A stretch of DNA of 64,000 bases from Acidobacteriota bacterium (GTDB lineage: Bacteria; Acidobacteriota; UBA890; WLXD01): NCBI GenBank assembly GCA_965248695.1, contig CBDFKD010000002.1, positions 2,208,001 to 2,272,000 on the forward strand. The letters run 5' to 3'. Below the pieces are notes generated by a model. The model made no database searches and had not been told where the DNA came from. It worked only from the letters and a program-made list of their open reading frames with translations. Shown here piece by piece: positions 44,188 through 54,006 of the stretch (positions are counted from its first letter, which is position 1; every line of letters starts with the position of its first letter). The position numbers were made by a program, and so were the translations under genes.

Positions 44188-46020
44188 CTACTCGACGGTG
44201 ACGCTCTTCGCGAGGTTCCGCGGCTGGTCAACGTCGCAGCCCCGCTGCACTGCTACATGGTAGGCGAGAAGCTGCAGCGGCACGACCGCCAGGATCGGCG
44301 AGAACTCCGGCAGGCAATCGGGAATCGCCAGGAACTCGTCGCTGAGCGTCGCCAGCTCATCATCTCCGTCGGTACCGAGGCCGACCAAGAACGCCTCGCG
44401 CGCCTTGGCTTCTTGCATGTTGCTAGCGGTCTTCTCGTAGAGGTCTAGTTGCGGCGCCAGTGAGACGACAGGTACGTCGCGATCGATCAGCGCGATGGGG
44501 CCGTGCTTCATCTCTCCTGCCGGATAACCGTGCGCGTGGATGTACGAGACCTCCTTGAGCTTGAGCGCGCCTTCGAGCGCAATCGGGTAAAGAAAGCCGC
44601 GACCGATGAAGAGAAACTGTTGGAAGTGCGCTACCCGGCGGGCAACCGCAGCGATCCGTTCCTCGCGCAGCAAGATGCTCTCGATCTGTCGCGGAACACA
44701 TGCCAGGGCGTGCAGACGAAGCTCTAGGGCCTCGCGCGAGAGCCTGCCGCGTAGCTCCGCCAGACGCAGGGCGATCAGGTACAGGCAGGTGAGCTGCGTG
44801 GTGAACGCCTTCGTCGACGCCACACCGATCTCGGGCCCGGCCTGAGTGAGCAGCACCCCGTCGGCGACGCGCGTGGCCATGGATCCGACAACGTTGCAGA
44901 TCGTCCACAGGCTGGCGCCGCGATCTCGGGCCTCGCGCATTGCCGCCAGGGTGTCGGCAGTTTCGCCCGACTGGGTGATTGCGCACGCCAGAGCTCCAGG
45001 CCTGACGATCGGACCGCGATAGCGGAACTCGCTGGCATGGTCGACGGTCACCGGGACGCCGGCGAGTGTTTCGATCCAGTATTTCCCGACCAGGGCGGCG
45101 TGCCACGACGTGCCGCAACCCAACAGGATCAACTCGGTCATCGAGCGTGCCAAGTCCTCGTCGAGGTTGAGCTCGTCAAGATGCACTTCCAAGCGCGTTC
45201 GATTGACTCGTCCGACGAGGCTGTCCCGCACCGCGGTCGGTTGCTCGTGGATCTCCTTGAGCATGAAGTGCTTGTAGCCGCCCTTCTCGGCAGTCACCGG
45301 ATCCCAGGCAATGCGTTGTGGCTCGGCCCCGACAGCGTTGCCGGACCGGTCGGTGACGGCTACCGCGTCGGGCGTCACGACGACCAGCTGTCCGTCGTCG
45401 AGAAAGATGATGTCGCGGGTGTACTGCAGCACCGGCGGAACATCCGACGCGATGAAATTCTCGCCGTCGCCGAGGCCGACCACGATCGGTGGTCCGAGGC
45501 GTGCGGCGACGATCTTCTGAGGCTCATCCAGAGACATCACGACAAGGGCGTAGATACCTTCGAGATCATCCAGTGCGCGCCGTACTGCGGCCTCCAGGTC
45601 ACCCTCGTAGTACGTCGAGACCAGGTGCACTACTACTTCAGTGTCGGTCTCGGTGACGAACTTGCATCCGTCGGTCTCGAGGCGCTGTCGCAGGTCGAGG
45701 AAATTCTCGATGATGCCGTTGTGCACGAGCACGATGCGGCCACTGCCGTCTCGATGCGGGTGCGCGTTTTCGAGCGTCGGCTTGCCGTGAGTTGCCCACC
45801 GCGTGTGCCCGATGCCGTAATCGCCCGCGATCGGAGAGGCCTCGAGCTCAGCCACCAGGTTCACGAGCTTGCCAGCCGCGCGCCGCACGCCGATGGTGCC
45901 GTCCGATCGCGCCACGGCGACGCCGGCCGAGTCGTAGCCGCGGTATTCGAGCCGCTGGAGGCCGTCGAGCAGGACCGGCACCGCTTCGCGAGCTCCGACG
46001 TAACCGACAATGCCGCACAT
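44188..46020 (-). CDS. glmS: Glutamine-fructose-6-phosphate aminotransferase
   Basis: MCGIVG, LEYRGYDSAG, GHTRWATHG, PRNLAKSVTVE. Confidence 0.99.
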   Translation of the reverse strand: MCGIVGYVGAREAVPVLLDGLQRLEYRGYDSAGVAVARSDGTIGVRRAAGKLVNLVAELEASPIAGDYGIGHTRWATHGKPTLENAHPHRDGSGRIVLVHNGIIENFLDLRQRLETDGCKFVTETDTEVVVHLVSTYYEGDLEAAVRRALDDLEGIYALVVMSLDEPQKIVAARLGPPIVVGLGDGENFIASDVPPVLQYTRDIIFLDDGQLVVVTPDAVAVTDRSGNAVGAEPQRIAWDPVTAEKGGYKHFMLKEIHEQPTAVRDSLVGRVNRTRLEVHLDELNLDEDLARSMTELILLGCGTSWHAALVGKYWIETLAGVPVTVDHASEFRYRGPIVRPGALACAITQSGETADTLAAMREARDRGASLWTICNVVGSMATRVADGVLLTQAGPEIGVASTKAFTTQLTCLYLIALRLAELRGRLSREALELRLHALACVPRQIESILLREERIAAVARRVAHFQQFLFIGRGFLYPIALEGALKLKEVSYIHAHGYPAGEMKHGPIALIDRDVPVVSLAPQLDLYEKTASNMQEAKAREAFLVGLGTDGDDELATLSDEFLAIPDCLPEFSPILAVVPLQLLAYHVAVQRGCDVDQPRNLAKSVTVE

Positions 46021-46106
46021 AGCTCAGCTCCTCCCCGACGCCGTCGGGCGCCGGTCCCCGGAAGGACCAATTACAGCAATGTCAGCCGCTCGAGCAACCA
46101 GGATCG

Positions 46107-47504
46107 TCAGTCCTTCTCGTCGTGCGCGGCGCTCTTGGACCGCTTCGCCCACCCCTCGTGCACTACCTGCTTGCCACGAGCGATCCCCAGAGAGTCGTCC
46201 GGCACGTCCTTGGTGATCGTCGAGCCGGCCCCCACGTATGCTCCGCGCCCGATCTGCAGCGGCGCGACGATCGCGGTGTTGCTACCGATGAACGCGCCAT
46301 CGCCGATCACCGTGCGGTGCTTGTCGACACCATCATAGTTGCACGTGATGGTCCCCGCCCCCACGTTCACGTCCGCGCCGATCTGCGCGTCACCCAGGTA
46401 GGTAAGGTGGCTGACCTTGCTCCCCGGACCGAGCGTCGTCTTCTTTACCTCGACGAAGTTGCCGACTTTGGCCCCGGCGCAAATGTGCGCGCCAGGCCGC
46501 AGCCGCGCGTACGGACCCACGCTCGCGCTGCGCTCGACCACGGCGTTCTCCAGGACGCTGCCATCGAACACCGCGACATCGTCCCCGATCTGGCTATCGC
46601 GCACCCGAACGTTCGGGTAGATCATGCACCGGCTACCGATCGTGCTGCCGGCCTCGAGCGACACACCGGGATAGAGCACCGTGTCGTTGCCGACGACCAC
46701 ATCTGCATCGACGGATACCGTCTCCGGGTTGCGCAAGGTTACGCCGGCCGCCATGAGCTCCGCGAGCTTACGCCGCCGCAGAATCGACTCCGCCACCGCG
46801 AGCTCGGCTCGGGTGTTGACGCCGTGAACTTCGTCAGGGTCGTCGTGATGAAACAGCGCTACGCTCCCACCCTGCTCCGACACCACCGCAAGCGTGTCGG
46901 TTAGATAGAGCTCTCCCGGGGTGTTGTCAGGGCGCAGTGCCGCGAGCGCGTCGCGGAGCACTGCCGCGGCGAACAGGTAAACGCCGGCATTCACCTCGCG
47001 CAGCTGACGTTCCTGTTCGCTGGCGTCGGCCTCTTCGACGATCCGCTCCATCGCTCCCTCCGGCGTGCGGATGATACGGCCGTAACCGGTGGGATCGTCG
47101 AGCGAAACAGTCAGGAACGTGCCGTCGGCGTCGCCGTGACCGTCGACCATGGCTTGCAGGGTCTGCGCCCGGATCGTCGGACAATCGCCGTTGACGACGA
47201 GCACCAGACCGTCATGATCGCCGCCCGGGAACGTTGCAGCGAGACCGTGCGCTGCCGCGTCGCCGGTACCGCGCGCCGGCTCCTGGACCGCGTAGCGCAG
47301 GGTATCGTCGTCAAGGGCGGCACGGAGCCGATCGTGCTGCGGCGGCACGACCAGCACGATGCTGGCAGCACCCAGTTCGCGTGCGGCGCCCACCACGTGC
47401 TCGATGATCGGCCGGCCGGCTACCGGGTGCAGCAGCTTCGGTGTGTCGCTGTGCATGCGCGTACCCTCGCCGGCGGCGAGGATGACGACACGAACCGGAG
47501 GCAT
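46107..47504 (-). CDS. glmU: Bifunctional GlcNAc-1-P uridyltransferase/acetyltransferase
   Basis: ILAAGEGTRM, GYGRI, HLTYLGDA, TITCNYDG. Confidence 0.98.
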   Translation of the reverse strand: MPPVRVVILAAGEGTRMHSDTPKLLHPVAGRPIIEHVVGAARELGAASIVLVVPPQHDRLRAALDDDTLRYAVQEPARGTGDAAAHGLAATFPGGDHDGLVLVVNGDCPTIRAQTLQAMVDGHGDADGTFLTVSLDDPTGYGRIIRTPEGAMERIVEEADASEQERQLREVNAGVYLFAAAVLRDALAALRPDNTPGELYLTDTLAVVSEQGGSVALFHHDDPDEVHGVNTRAELAVAESILRRRKLAELMAAGVTLRNPETVSVDADVVVGNDTVLYPGVSLEAGSTIGSRCMIYPNVRVRDSQIGDDVAVFDGSVLENAVVERSASVGPYARLRPGAHICAGAKVGNFVEVKKTTLGPGSKVSHLTYLGDAQIGADVNVGAGTITCNYDGVDKHRTVIGDGAFIGSNTAIVAPLQIGRGAYVGAGSTITKDVPDDSLGIARGKQVVHEGWAKRSKSAAHDEKD

Positions 47505-47507
47505 CGC

Positions 47508-48368
47508 CTATTGCGCCCCGTCTCCGCTGACGACGCCGCCAAAGTCCTCGTGAACGCGCAGCGGAACGAAGTCGGGATCGTTCACGGCGTAGATGCGGTT
47601 GGCGTCATTGATATCGACCGCCGACCGTAGTGCGTCGATCGCGGCGTCAACGTCGCCCTTCTGGGCGAGCGCCGCTGCCTGGCAATAGAGGATCCGATCG
47701 TCCCCAGGAGCCTGGTCGAGCGCGACAGCGAAAGCCTCGAGTGCGCTGCGAGGATCGCCGGAGTTCAACGCCACGACGCCGAGCAGGTAGTGGTCGTCAG
47801 CGTTCTGCGGGCTGAAGTCGCTGCTGCGCGCACGGCGCTCCAGACTGCTGCTGTATTGCCGCGCGCGGGCCAGGAGTAGGGCGTCCGGCGGACTCGCCGC
47901 GATCACCGCTTGAAACGACTCCAGTGCCTTGCCGAGCGCACCGTCGTGATATCGCTTGACGCCCTGCTCGAACGCCTTCAGCGCCTTGGCTACCCCACGG
48001 TCTTGACGCATCTCGTTGCGGCGCTGCTTCTCCTCCTCGGCGGCAGCGAGCTCCGCTTCTAGACGGATGCCGCGTTCGTCCTGGGTCTCGGTTGGCTCGA
48101 CCGGCTTGCGGGGCAGAAGGCTGGCGCTCTTGATCGGTGTCGGACCGGTTTCTACCGGGGCGGAGCTTTCCTCGATCGGTTGCGGCGGGAGCACCGCAGG
48201 CATGGGGTCGGGCTCCTTGTAGTCTTGCTTCTTCAGCCCCATGCGCCGGATCTTCGACTCCATCGCCTTCTGACTGACGCCGAAGTGCTCGGCGAGCTCG
48301 GCGTAGGTCTTGTGCCGAAAATGCTCGCGGATAAAGTCTTCGTTTTCTTCAGTCCACGTTTTTGCCAT
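47508..48368 (-). CDS. HTH-TPR protein (N-terminal HTH, Pro-rich linker, C-terminal TPRs)
   Basis: WTEENEDFIREHF..TYAELAEHFGVSQKAMESKIRRMGL; TPR helices ending NRIYAVNDPDF. Confidence 0.75.
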   Translation of the reverse strand: MAKTWTEENEDFIREHFRHKTYAELAEHFGVSQKAMESKIRRMGLKKQDYKEPDPMPAVLPPQPIEESSAPVETGPTPIKSASLLPRKPVEPTETQDERGIRLEAELAAAEEEKQRRNEMRQDRGVAKALKAFEQGVKRYHDGALGKALESFQAVIAASPPDALLLARARQYSSSLERRARSSDFSPQNADDHYLLGVVALNSGDPRSALEAFAVALDQAPGDDRILYCQAAALAQKGDVDAAIDALRSAVDINDANRIYAVNDPDFVPLRVHEDFGGVVSGDGAQ

Positions 48369-48427
48369 AGGTAGGTCGTCGGCCTTTCGCGAGAGAGTGG
48401 AACCGTCCGTACGGGACGCCGAGCGCG

Positions 48428-48492
48428 ATTATATAGGGCGGGGCCTTTGGCGTAGGCTGCATGTTGACATCGCCCAGGGGCGTCGATAATGT
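48428..48492. promoter_or_regulatory. Divergent promoters
   Basis: Minus-strand TATAAT (48428-48433); plus-strand TTGACA-N17-TAATGT (48464-48492). Confidence 0.5.
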
Positions 48493-48564
48493 CCGATAGC
48501 CTTTTGCAGCAGGGGGTTTCGTCCCTTGCGGGTGGGCAAATCAGCGCCATGGGGGTGGCACGGC

Positions 48565-49197
48565 ATGCTCGACCGGCTGACCTGGCTTGGGCATTCAGGC
48601 TTCGTGGTCCAAGGTGCTCCCTGCGTCTACATCGACCCGTTCCGGATCGTCGGCGGCCCGCCTGCCGATCTCGTGCTGCTGACGCACCCACACTACGATC
48701 ATTGCTCGCCCGCGGATCTAGCCAAGATCGTCGTCGATGCCACCGAGATCGTCTGTACGCGCGACTGCTTGACGGCGCTCAGTGACCTCCCGGGCAAGCG
48801 CCGAATCGTGCAGCCGGGCGACCGCGTGACGCTGCGCGGAGTGGGGATCGAAACGATCCCCGCATATACCCGAAAGAGCCGCATGCACGAGCGCGACAAT
48901 GCCTGGGTCGGCTACATCGTCGAGATCGAAGGCGTACGCGTGTATCACGCGGGGGACACGGACTACATCCCCGAGATGCGCGACCTACGGGTAGACGTTG
49001 CCTGCCTGCCGATCTCCGGCGGCGAGACCATGAATCTCGTAGAAGCGGCCGCAGCGGCCAACAGCATCGCGCCGCAGGTAGTCGTTCCGATGCATTATGG
49101 CACCCTGGGCGCCGACATCGATCCTGACCTGTTCAGCAACCTGACGCGCGTTACGGTGCGCGCAATGCGACGCGATCCCGCCTTTAGCGGCGAGTAG
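48565..49197 (+). CDS. MBL-fold metallo-hydrolase
   Basis: TWLGHSGF, THPHYDH, YHAGDT, VPMHYG. Confidence 0.92.
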   Translation: MLDRLTWLGHSGFVVQGAPCVYIDPFRIVGGPPADLVLLTHPHYDHCSPADLAKIVVDATEIVCTRDCLTALSDLPGKRRIVQPGDRVTLRGVGIETIPAYTRKSRMHERDNAWVGYIVEIEGVRVYHAGDTDYIPEMRDLRVDVACLPISGGETMNLVEAAAAANSIAPQVVVPMHYGTLGADIDPDLFSNLTRVTVRAMRRDPAFSGE

Positions 49198-49207
49198 ACT
49201 GCGAGGC

Positions 49208-50971
49208 ATGGGTTCGCGGATCACGACCGCGGCGTTGCTGACGTGCGGTGCCGCGCTGGCGATCTGGTTCGTCTGGTTGGCCACGACAGGCCTGCTGGGG
49301 TACCGACCGCCGCTTATCGAAACATCGACGGCGAGTGCCGTCGGTCACCCCTGGCGCGGCGCCGTTCACGTGCACACGGTGCTTTCTGCCGACGCAACCG
49401 GAACGATCGAAGAGATCGCGGCGGCGGCGGCCCGCGTCGGTCTGGACTTCGTGATCGTGTCCGAGCACACTGCTGCGCGCGGGACGGCCGGGCGTGTCCG
49501 ACCGGGATGGTACGGGTCGGTCCTGGTGCTGGTTGGAGAGGAGATCTCCACCCTCGACGGTCACCTGCTCGCACTCGCGGTGCCGCCGCATCCGTATGCA
49601 TTGGGACCGCAGGCCCGGCAGGCGTTCGACGACATTCGATCCCTCGGCGGCGCTGCCTGGATCGCTCACCTCGGCGGCGACGCGGCGTGGACCACCGGCC
49701 TTGGCGGTGCCGAAGGTATCGAGGTCGTGAGCCTGTCAGAAGCGCTCGACCGTCTGCCGGTGCCCGCACGACTCTTGTTGGCGATGACCTACCCAGCGAG
49801 CCCTCCCGGGGCAATGCTGCGGGCGCTCGTCGAGCGCCCGCCGGCGCTCGACTTGTGGAGCGCACGGACGTCACTGTCGGGATCCGCGCTGCCTCGACCG
49901 CTGGTCGCGATCGGCGCCGTCGACGCGCACGGACCGTTCCGCGGGCTCGGCGCACCGAGCTACGACGTTGTGTTGGGCTCGCTGACGACCGTCGTGTGGA
50001 TGGATGAGCCGCCAAGTCCAGGTGAGTCTGACCGCGCCGTGGCGGCCCGCCTGCTTCGTCGGTTGCGTGGCGGCAGGGTCGCCGTCGAGCTATCGGCGGC
50101 GGGACAGGCCCCCGGGCTATCATTCGTCGCCACGACGCCCGCGGGGCAGGTGGCGTTTCCCGGCGAGATAGGGGCCTGGGAGGCCGGCAATTGGAGCCTC
50201 GAAGCGCGGCTCGGAGCACCCGGCGACTATCGCATCGAATTGTTGCGCGACGGCGCACCTGCCGCCAGTGCAGAGGGCGAACCGATCACCGTCGAGGCAT
50301 CTGGTCCCGGGTCCTATCGCGTCGAGGTATTCCGCACCAGCGGTCCGGCTGGCGGTGGGGCGTCGGGAGCTACTCCGTGGATCCTGACCAACCCGATCTA
50401 CCTTTGGCCGCGGAGTGCCGTAACCGCCGCGACGCTGCGCCCGGCACCGCCGCTTCCGGCGCCACCGACAACCCGCCCGCTGCTGCCGGAACCCGGTTGG
50501 GCGGCGGAGAGCGACGTACTCTCCGCCAGCGCCCTGGCGCCAATGGCTGATGGCCTGCTGTGGACCGCCCGGGTGCCCAAAGAGGAGGCTGCCGATGCCT
50601 TCTCGGCGGTGGCCTGGCGTCCGGAGGCCGCGGTCGACTGGCATCACACCTCGGGGCTCGTGGCAGGCTTGTCGTCGCCACGCGAGTGGCGCGTTGGCCT
50701 GCGTCTCTGGACCACCATCGACGGGGTCGAGCAAACCTGGGAGCAGGTGGTGGCGAGTACCCCCGGCGGCCAGCAGAGGCTGTCGCCTTGGCAACGGTTT
50801 CGCCGCATCGGTAGCGACGGGCAGGTCATGCGCGGCGAACGGCTCGACCAAGAGCTGGCACAGGTCACGGGCGTTGCCTTCGTGGTCACGCCGCAGCGCA
50901 TACGACCGGGTAGCGAGGCGCGAATCGAGATCCGCGGCGTCGGGCTGTTCGACGGAGCAGCGCCACGGTAG
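49208..50971 (+). CDS. Membrane-anchored PHP-domain metallohydrolase with C-terminal beta-rich domains
   Basis: N-terminal TM; HVHT, VSEH, GEEIST..GHLL, AH, DAH; WILTNPIYL. Confidence 0.75.
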   Translation: MGSRITTAALLTCGAALAIWFVWLATTGLLGYRPPLIETSTASAVGHPWRGAVHVHTVLSADATGTIEEIAAAAARVGLDFVIVSEHTAARGTAGRVRPGWYGSVLVLVGEEISTLDGHLLALAVPPHPYALGPQARQAFDDIRSLGGAAWIAHLGGDAAWTTGLGGAEGIEVVSLSEALDRLPVPARLLLAMTYPASPPGAMLRALVERPPALDLWSARTSLSGSALPRPLVAIGAVDAHGPFRGLGAPSYDVVLGSLTTVVWMDEPPSPGESDRAVAARLLRRLRGGRVAVELSAAGQAPGLSFVATTPAGQVAFPGEIGAWEAGNWSLEARLGAPGDYRIELLRDGAPAASAEGEPITVEASGPGSYRVEVFRTSGPAGGGASGATPWILTNPIYLWPRSAVTAATLRPAPPLPAPPTTRPLLPEPGWAAESDVLSASALAPMADGLLWTARVPKEEAADAFSAVAWRPEAAVDWHHTSGLVAGLSSPREWRVGLRLWTTIDGVEQTWEQVVASTPGGQQRLSPWQRFRRIGSDGQVMRGERLDQELAQVTGVAFVVTPQRIRPGSEARIEIRGVGLFDGAAPR

Positions 50972-50983
50972 GAGCCGCACCTC

Positions 50984-52072
50984 TCACCGCTGTACCGGAA
51001 TCGTCTCCCAGACGCGCGCGAACGAAGCGATCGCCAGCAGCGGCTCGATCGACGCGCGGATACGGCCACCGAACATATCGCTCATGACGGCGGTCTTTAG
51101 CCAGGGGTCGCGCAGCAGGGCTTCGCGCCCGGCGGCTGCGGCGAGCTCGGGTTGGCCCCGCGCGATGCGGACCGATGCCAGCAACAACCAGGCGTAGCCG
51201 TTATTCGCATAGAGGGTCGTAGCTGTGCCAGCGTGCTCGAGCGCGGCGTCAAGATTGCCGGCGGCAAGCTGTTCGGCAGCGAGCTCGCTGGCCAGCTGGC
51301 CGTGCCGCATGTCGAGCAGTCGGCGCAGCTCGGCGATCGGCGCCGGGTGGTCCTCCACCCGCAGATCGATGTAGCGGTCGTTCAGCTGCCCATACCCGCC
51401 GCCATCTCGGACCACCAACAGGGCCGCCGACTGTCGCCCGCGTGCATCGCCGCCGGCCGCCTGCCCGGCAGCGAGGGCGGACGCTAGCCGCGTAGCCAAG
51501 TCGCCGGTGGTGGACTCGAAGGTGGCTGCCATCGCGTCGACCACCTCCGGGCCGGCGAGAATGTTGCCTTGCGCCGCGTAGTGCCGACCGACGTGTCCGC
51601 CGGCCCATGACAGGCAAGCGTCGCCGGTAAAGGAGGCGGCGTTGCCGGCGTCATCCACGATCCCCAGCTGTCGCCGGTTGGCGATCTCGTCGGCGCCGGT
51701 GAGCGCCGCCACGACCGCCTCGGCGGATTCACCCGCGGCGAGCATCTCCAGACCGCGGGGTCCATAGGTGGTGTTGGCGCGCGCCTGCGTGGCTACCGCC
51801 CCGACGCCGGCGCGCGCCCAGGGAACGACCGCGCCGACACCGAAGAACTTCGATTGTACGGCGACGCCGAGATCTCCGGTGTCGGGATCGAAACCGACGA
51901 TCGAGAACGTAGCCACGGGTGCCGGAAACGCGGCTTGGCGCCCTTGATGTGCTGCCTGCGCCACGCTGTAGCCGCCGGCGCTCGCAAACGCCAGGCCGAT
52001 GGCAAGCAGCCTCGGTGCCCACGATTCTCGCTGCTGGCGACAGGGACTCGGCCGGTCGTTGCTCTCGAACAT
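50984..52072 (-). CDS. DUF1028 (Ntn-hydrolase-like) protein with C-terminal TPR
   Basis: ATFSIVG.D, GVAVQSKFFGVG, GAVATQA, GGDARGRQSAAL, DLRVEDH. Confidence 0.9.
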   Translation of the reverse strand: MFESNDRPSPCRQQRESWAPRLLAIGLAFASAGGYSVAQAAHQGRQAAFPAPVATFSIVGFDPDTGDLGVAVQSKFFGVGAVVPWARAGVGAVATQARANTTYGPRGLEMLAAGESAEAVVAALTGADEIANRRQLGIVDDAGNAASFTGDACLSWAGGHVGRHYAAQGNILAGPEVVDAMAATFESTTGDLATRLASALAAGQAAGGDARGRQSAALLVVRDGGGYGQLNDRYIDLRVEDHPAPIAELRRLLDMRHGQLASELAAEQLAAGNLDAALEHAGTATTLYANNGYAWLLLASVRIARGQPELAAAAGREALLRDPWLKTAVMSDMFGGRIRASIEPLLAIASFARVWETIPVQR

Positions 52073-52149
52073 CTCGCTCCCTCACGGTATGAAACAATGC
52101 CGTGCTGGTGAGTATAGAGCGCGCGACAGACACGGCCTGCTGGCAGGGA

Positions 52150-52761
52150 ATGCTCGTGGCCCTCGAGGGAATCGACGGCTGCGGCAAGTCGACGCAGGCG
52201 CGACTTCTGGCAACGGCGCTGGTCGAGCGCGGCCTCGAGGCAGCGACGTTCCGGGAGCCCGGCGACACCGAATACGGGCGTCAGCTGCGCCGCATCTTCG
52301 TAGAGGGTCGCGACATATCGCCACACGAGGAAATGCGCCTCTTTCTCGAGGATCGCCGCATCGACGTGCGCACCAACATCCAACCAGCCCTCGCGGCCGG
52401 CAAAGTGGTGATCATGGATCGCTACTATCTTTCGTCGGTGGTCTACCAGGGCGCCCTGGGCGTCGATCCGCGCGAGATCCTCGCGGCCAACCTGGCGATC
52501 GCCCCGCCGCCAGATATCACGCTGCTACTGGACATTCCCGTCGATGTCGCGCGCCAGCGAATACGTGAAGCGCGCGGCACCACCAACACCTTCGAGGGTC
52601 GCGATTATCTGGACCGGGTTCGGACGCTGTACCTGAGCTATTGCGACGGCACCGACGTCGTTCGTGTCGACGCCGCGGTGGCGCCCGCAACCGTGCACGA
52701 GGAGTTACTCGGGCTCGTTCTGGAGGAGGCGCGGAACCTCGGCGCGGCAGTGGATCCCTGA
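52150..52761 (+). CDS. tmk: Thymidylate kinase
   Basis: LEGIDGCGKSTQ, REPG, DRY..SS..YQG. Confidence 0.94.
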   Translation: MLVALEGIDGCGKSTQARLLATALVERGLEAATFREPGDTEYGRQLRRIFVEGRDISPHEEMRLFLEDRRIDVRTNIQPALAAGKVVIMDRYYLSSVVYQGALGVDPREILAANLAIAPPPDITLLLDIPVDVARQRIREARGTTNTFEGRDYLDRVRTLYLSYCDGTDVVRVDAAVAPATVHEELLGLVLEEARNLGAAVDP

Positions 52762-52867
52762 GCGTGATCGTCACGCACCTTGTGGGGGCCAGAGCTCCCT
52801 GGGCGTGCGCGTGACGCCGAGCGTCGGTCGAGTTGCGACCGGCGATCGCCTCGTTTTTCCGCGACTG

Positions 52868-53914
52868 TCAGACGTTGAACCGGAAGTTCACTACGTCACC
52901 GTCTTGGACCACGTAGTCTCGGCCCTCGACGCGTAGCTTTCCCGCCTCCCGGCACTTTGCCTCGCTCCCCAGTGCCAGGAGCTCGTCCCAGAGGACCACT
53001 TCCGCGCGGATGAAGCCGCGCTCGATGTCGGAGTGAACCTTGCCGGCGGCCCGCGGCGCCAGGCTGCCGGAGCGCACCGGCCAGGCACGACACTCGTCGG
53101 GCCCCACGGTCAGCATCGTGATCAGGTCGAGGAGCTCGAAAGCGGCGCGCAAGAACCGGGCGCGTGCCGAGTCGCCGAGGCGGAGTGCCTCGTAGAACTC
53201 GTGCCGCTCGTCGGCCGGCATCTGCGCGATGTCCATCTCGACACTGGCCGATAGCGGCACGATGCCCGTGCCGATCGCGTCCGCGGCGCCGGAGAGCGCC
53301 GCCGGGACCGGCTCTGCCACCGCCTCTTCTTCTACGTTCAGGACCAGGAGAAGCGGTTTTTGCGTCAGAAACTGATAGCTGGAAACGAGCTTCCGCTCAT
53401 TGGCATCGAGGCCCAGCGTGCGCAGTGGCTGCTCGGCCTCGAGATGACTCTCGATGCGTTCCAACAGCTTGAGCTCTTGCGGATCGGACCCGTCCTTGCG
53501 GAGCCGGGTGATGCGGCGCTCGATGATCTCCAGGTCCGCCAGCACGGTTTCCGCCTGCAGGTCGAGCAGCTCACGATGCGCATCCGGTTCGATTCCCAGC
53601 GCGGCGTTGTCGAAGGCGCGCATCACCTGTGCCACCGCGTCCATCTCGCGCATGCTGTTGAGCAAGCTGCGGTCAAGCTCACGCACCCCCGTGCCGCCGG
53701 CGATGTCGCAAAACGTGATCTCCGCGTGCGTTGTTTTCTTCGGCTCGTAGAGGGCCGCCAGCTGGTCGAGGCGGTCGTCCGGCACGCGCACCACGCCGAG
53801 GTTCTTGGTACCGGGCTTCGAGGCGCCCGGCCCGGTCTGCGCCGCGAGGCCGGTGAGCGCGTTGAAGACGGTCGTCTTGCCGCTACCGGGGAATCCTACG
53901 AGTCCTATCTTCAT
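52868..53914 (-). CDS. ychF: YchF/Obg-like ATPase
   Basis: [47 protein letters not shown]. Confidence 0.92.
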   Translation of the reverse strand: MKIGLVGFPGSGKTTVFNALTGLAAQTGPGASKPGTKNLGVVRVPDDRLDQLAALYEPKKTTHAEITFCDIAGGTGVRELDRSLLNSMREMDAVAQVMRAFDNAALGIEPDAHRELLDLQAETVLADLEIIERRITRLRKDGSDPQELKLLERIESHLEAEQPLRTLGLDANERKLVSSYQFLTQKPLLLVLNVEEEAVAEPVPAALSGAADAIGTGIVPLSASVEMDIAQMPADERHEFYEALRLGDSARARFLRAAFELLDLITMLTVGPDECRAWPVRSGSLAPRAAGKVHSDIERGFIRAEVVLWDELLALGSEAKCREAGKLRVEGRDYVVQDGDVVNFRFNV

Positions 53915-54006
53915 GAGGCCCGCACGCTACACCACGATCCGGAGACGCGCTCGCGGCGGGCGCCTGCACCCGTCGCGCACTGTTTCGCCACCGGCGCGGC
54001 GACCGC

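Noticed and set aside
46020-46107. glmS ribozyme upstream of glmS
   Set aside because: The intergenic region is only about 86 bp and lacks the conserved core.
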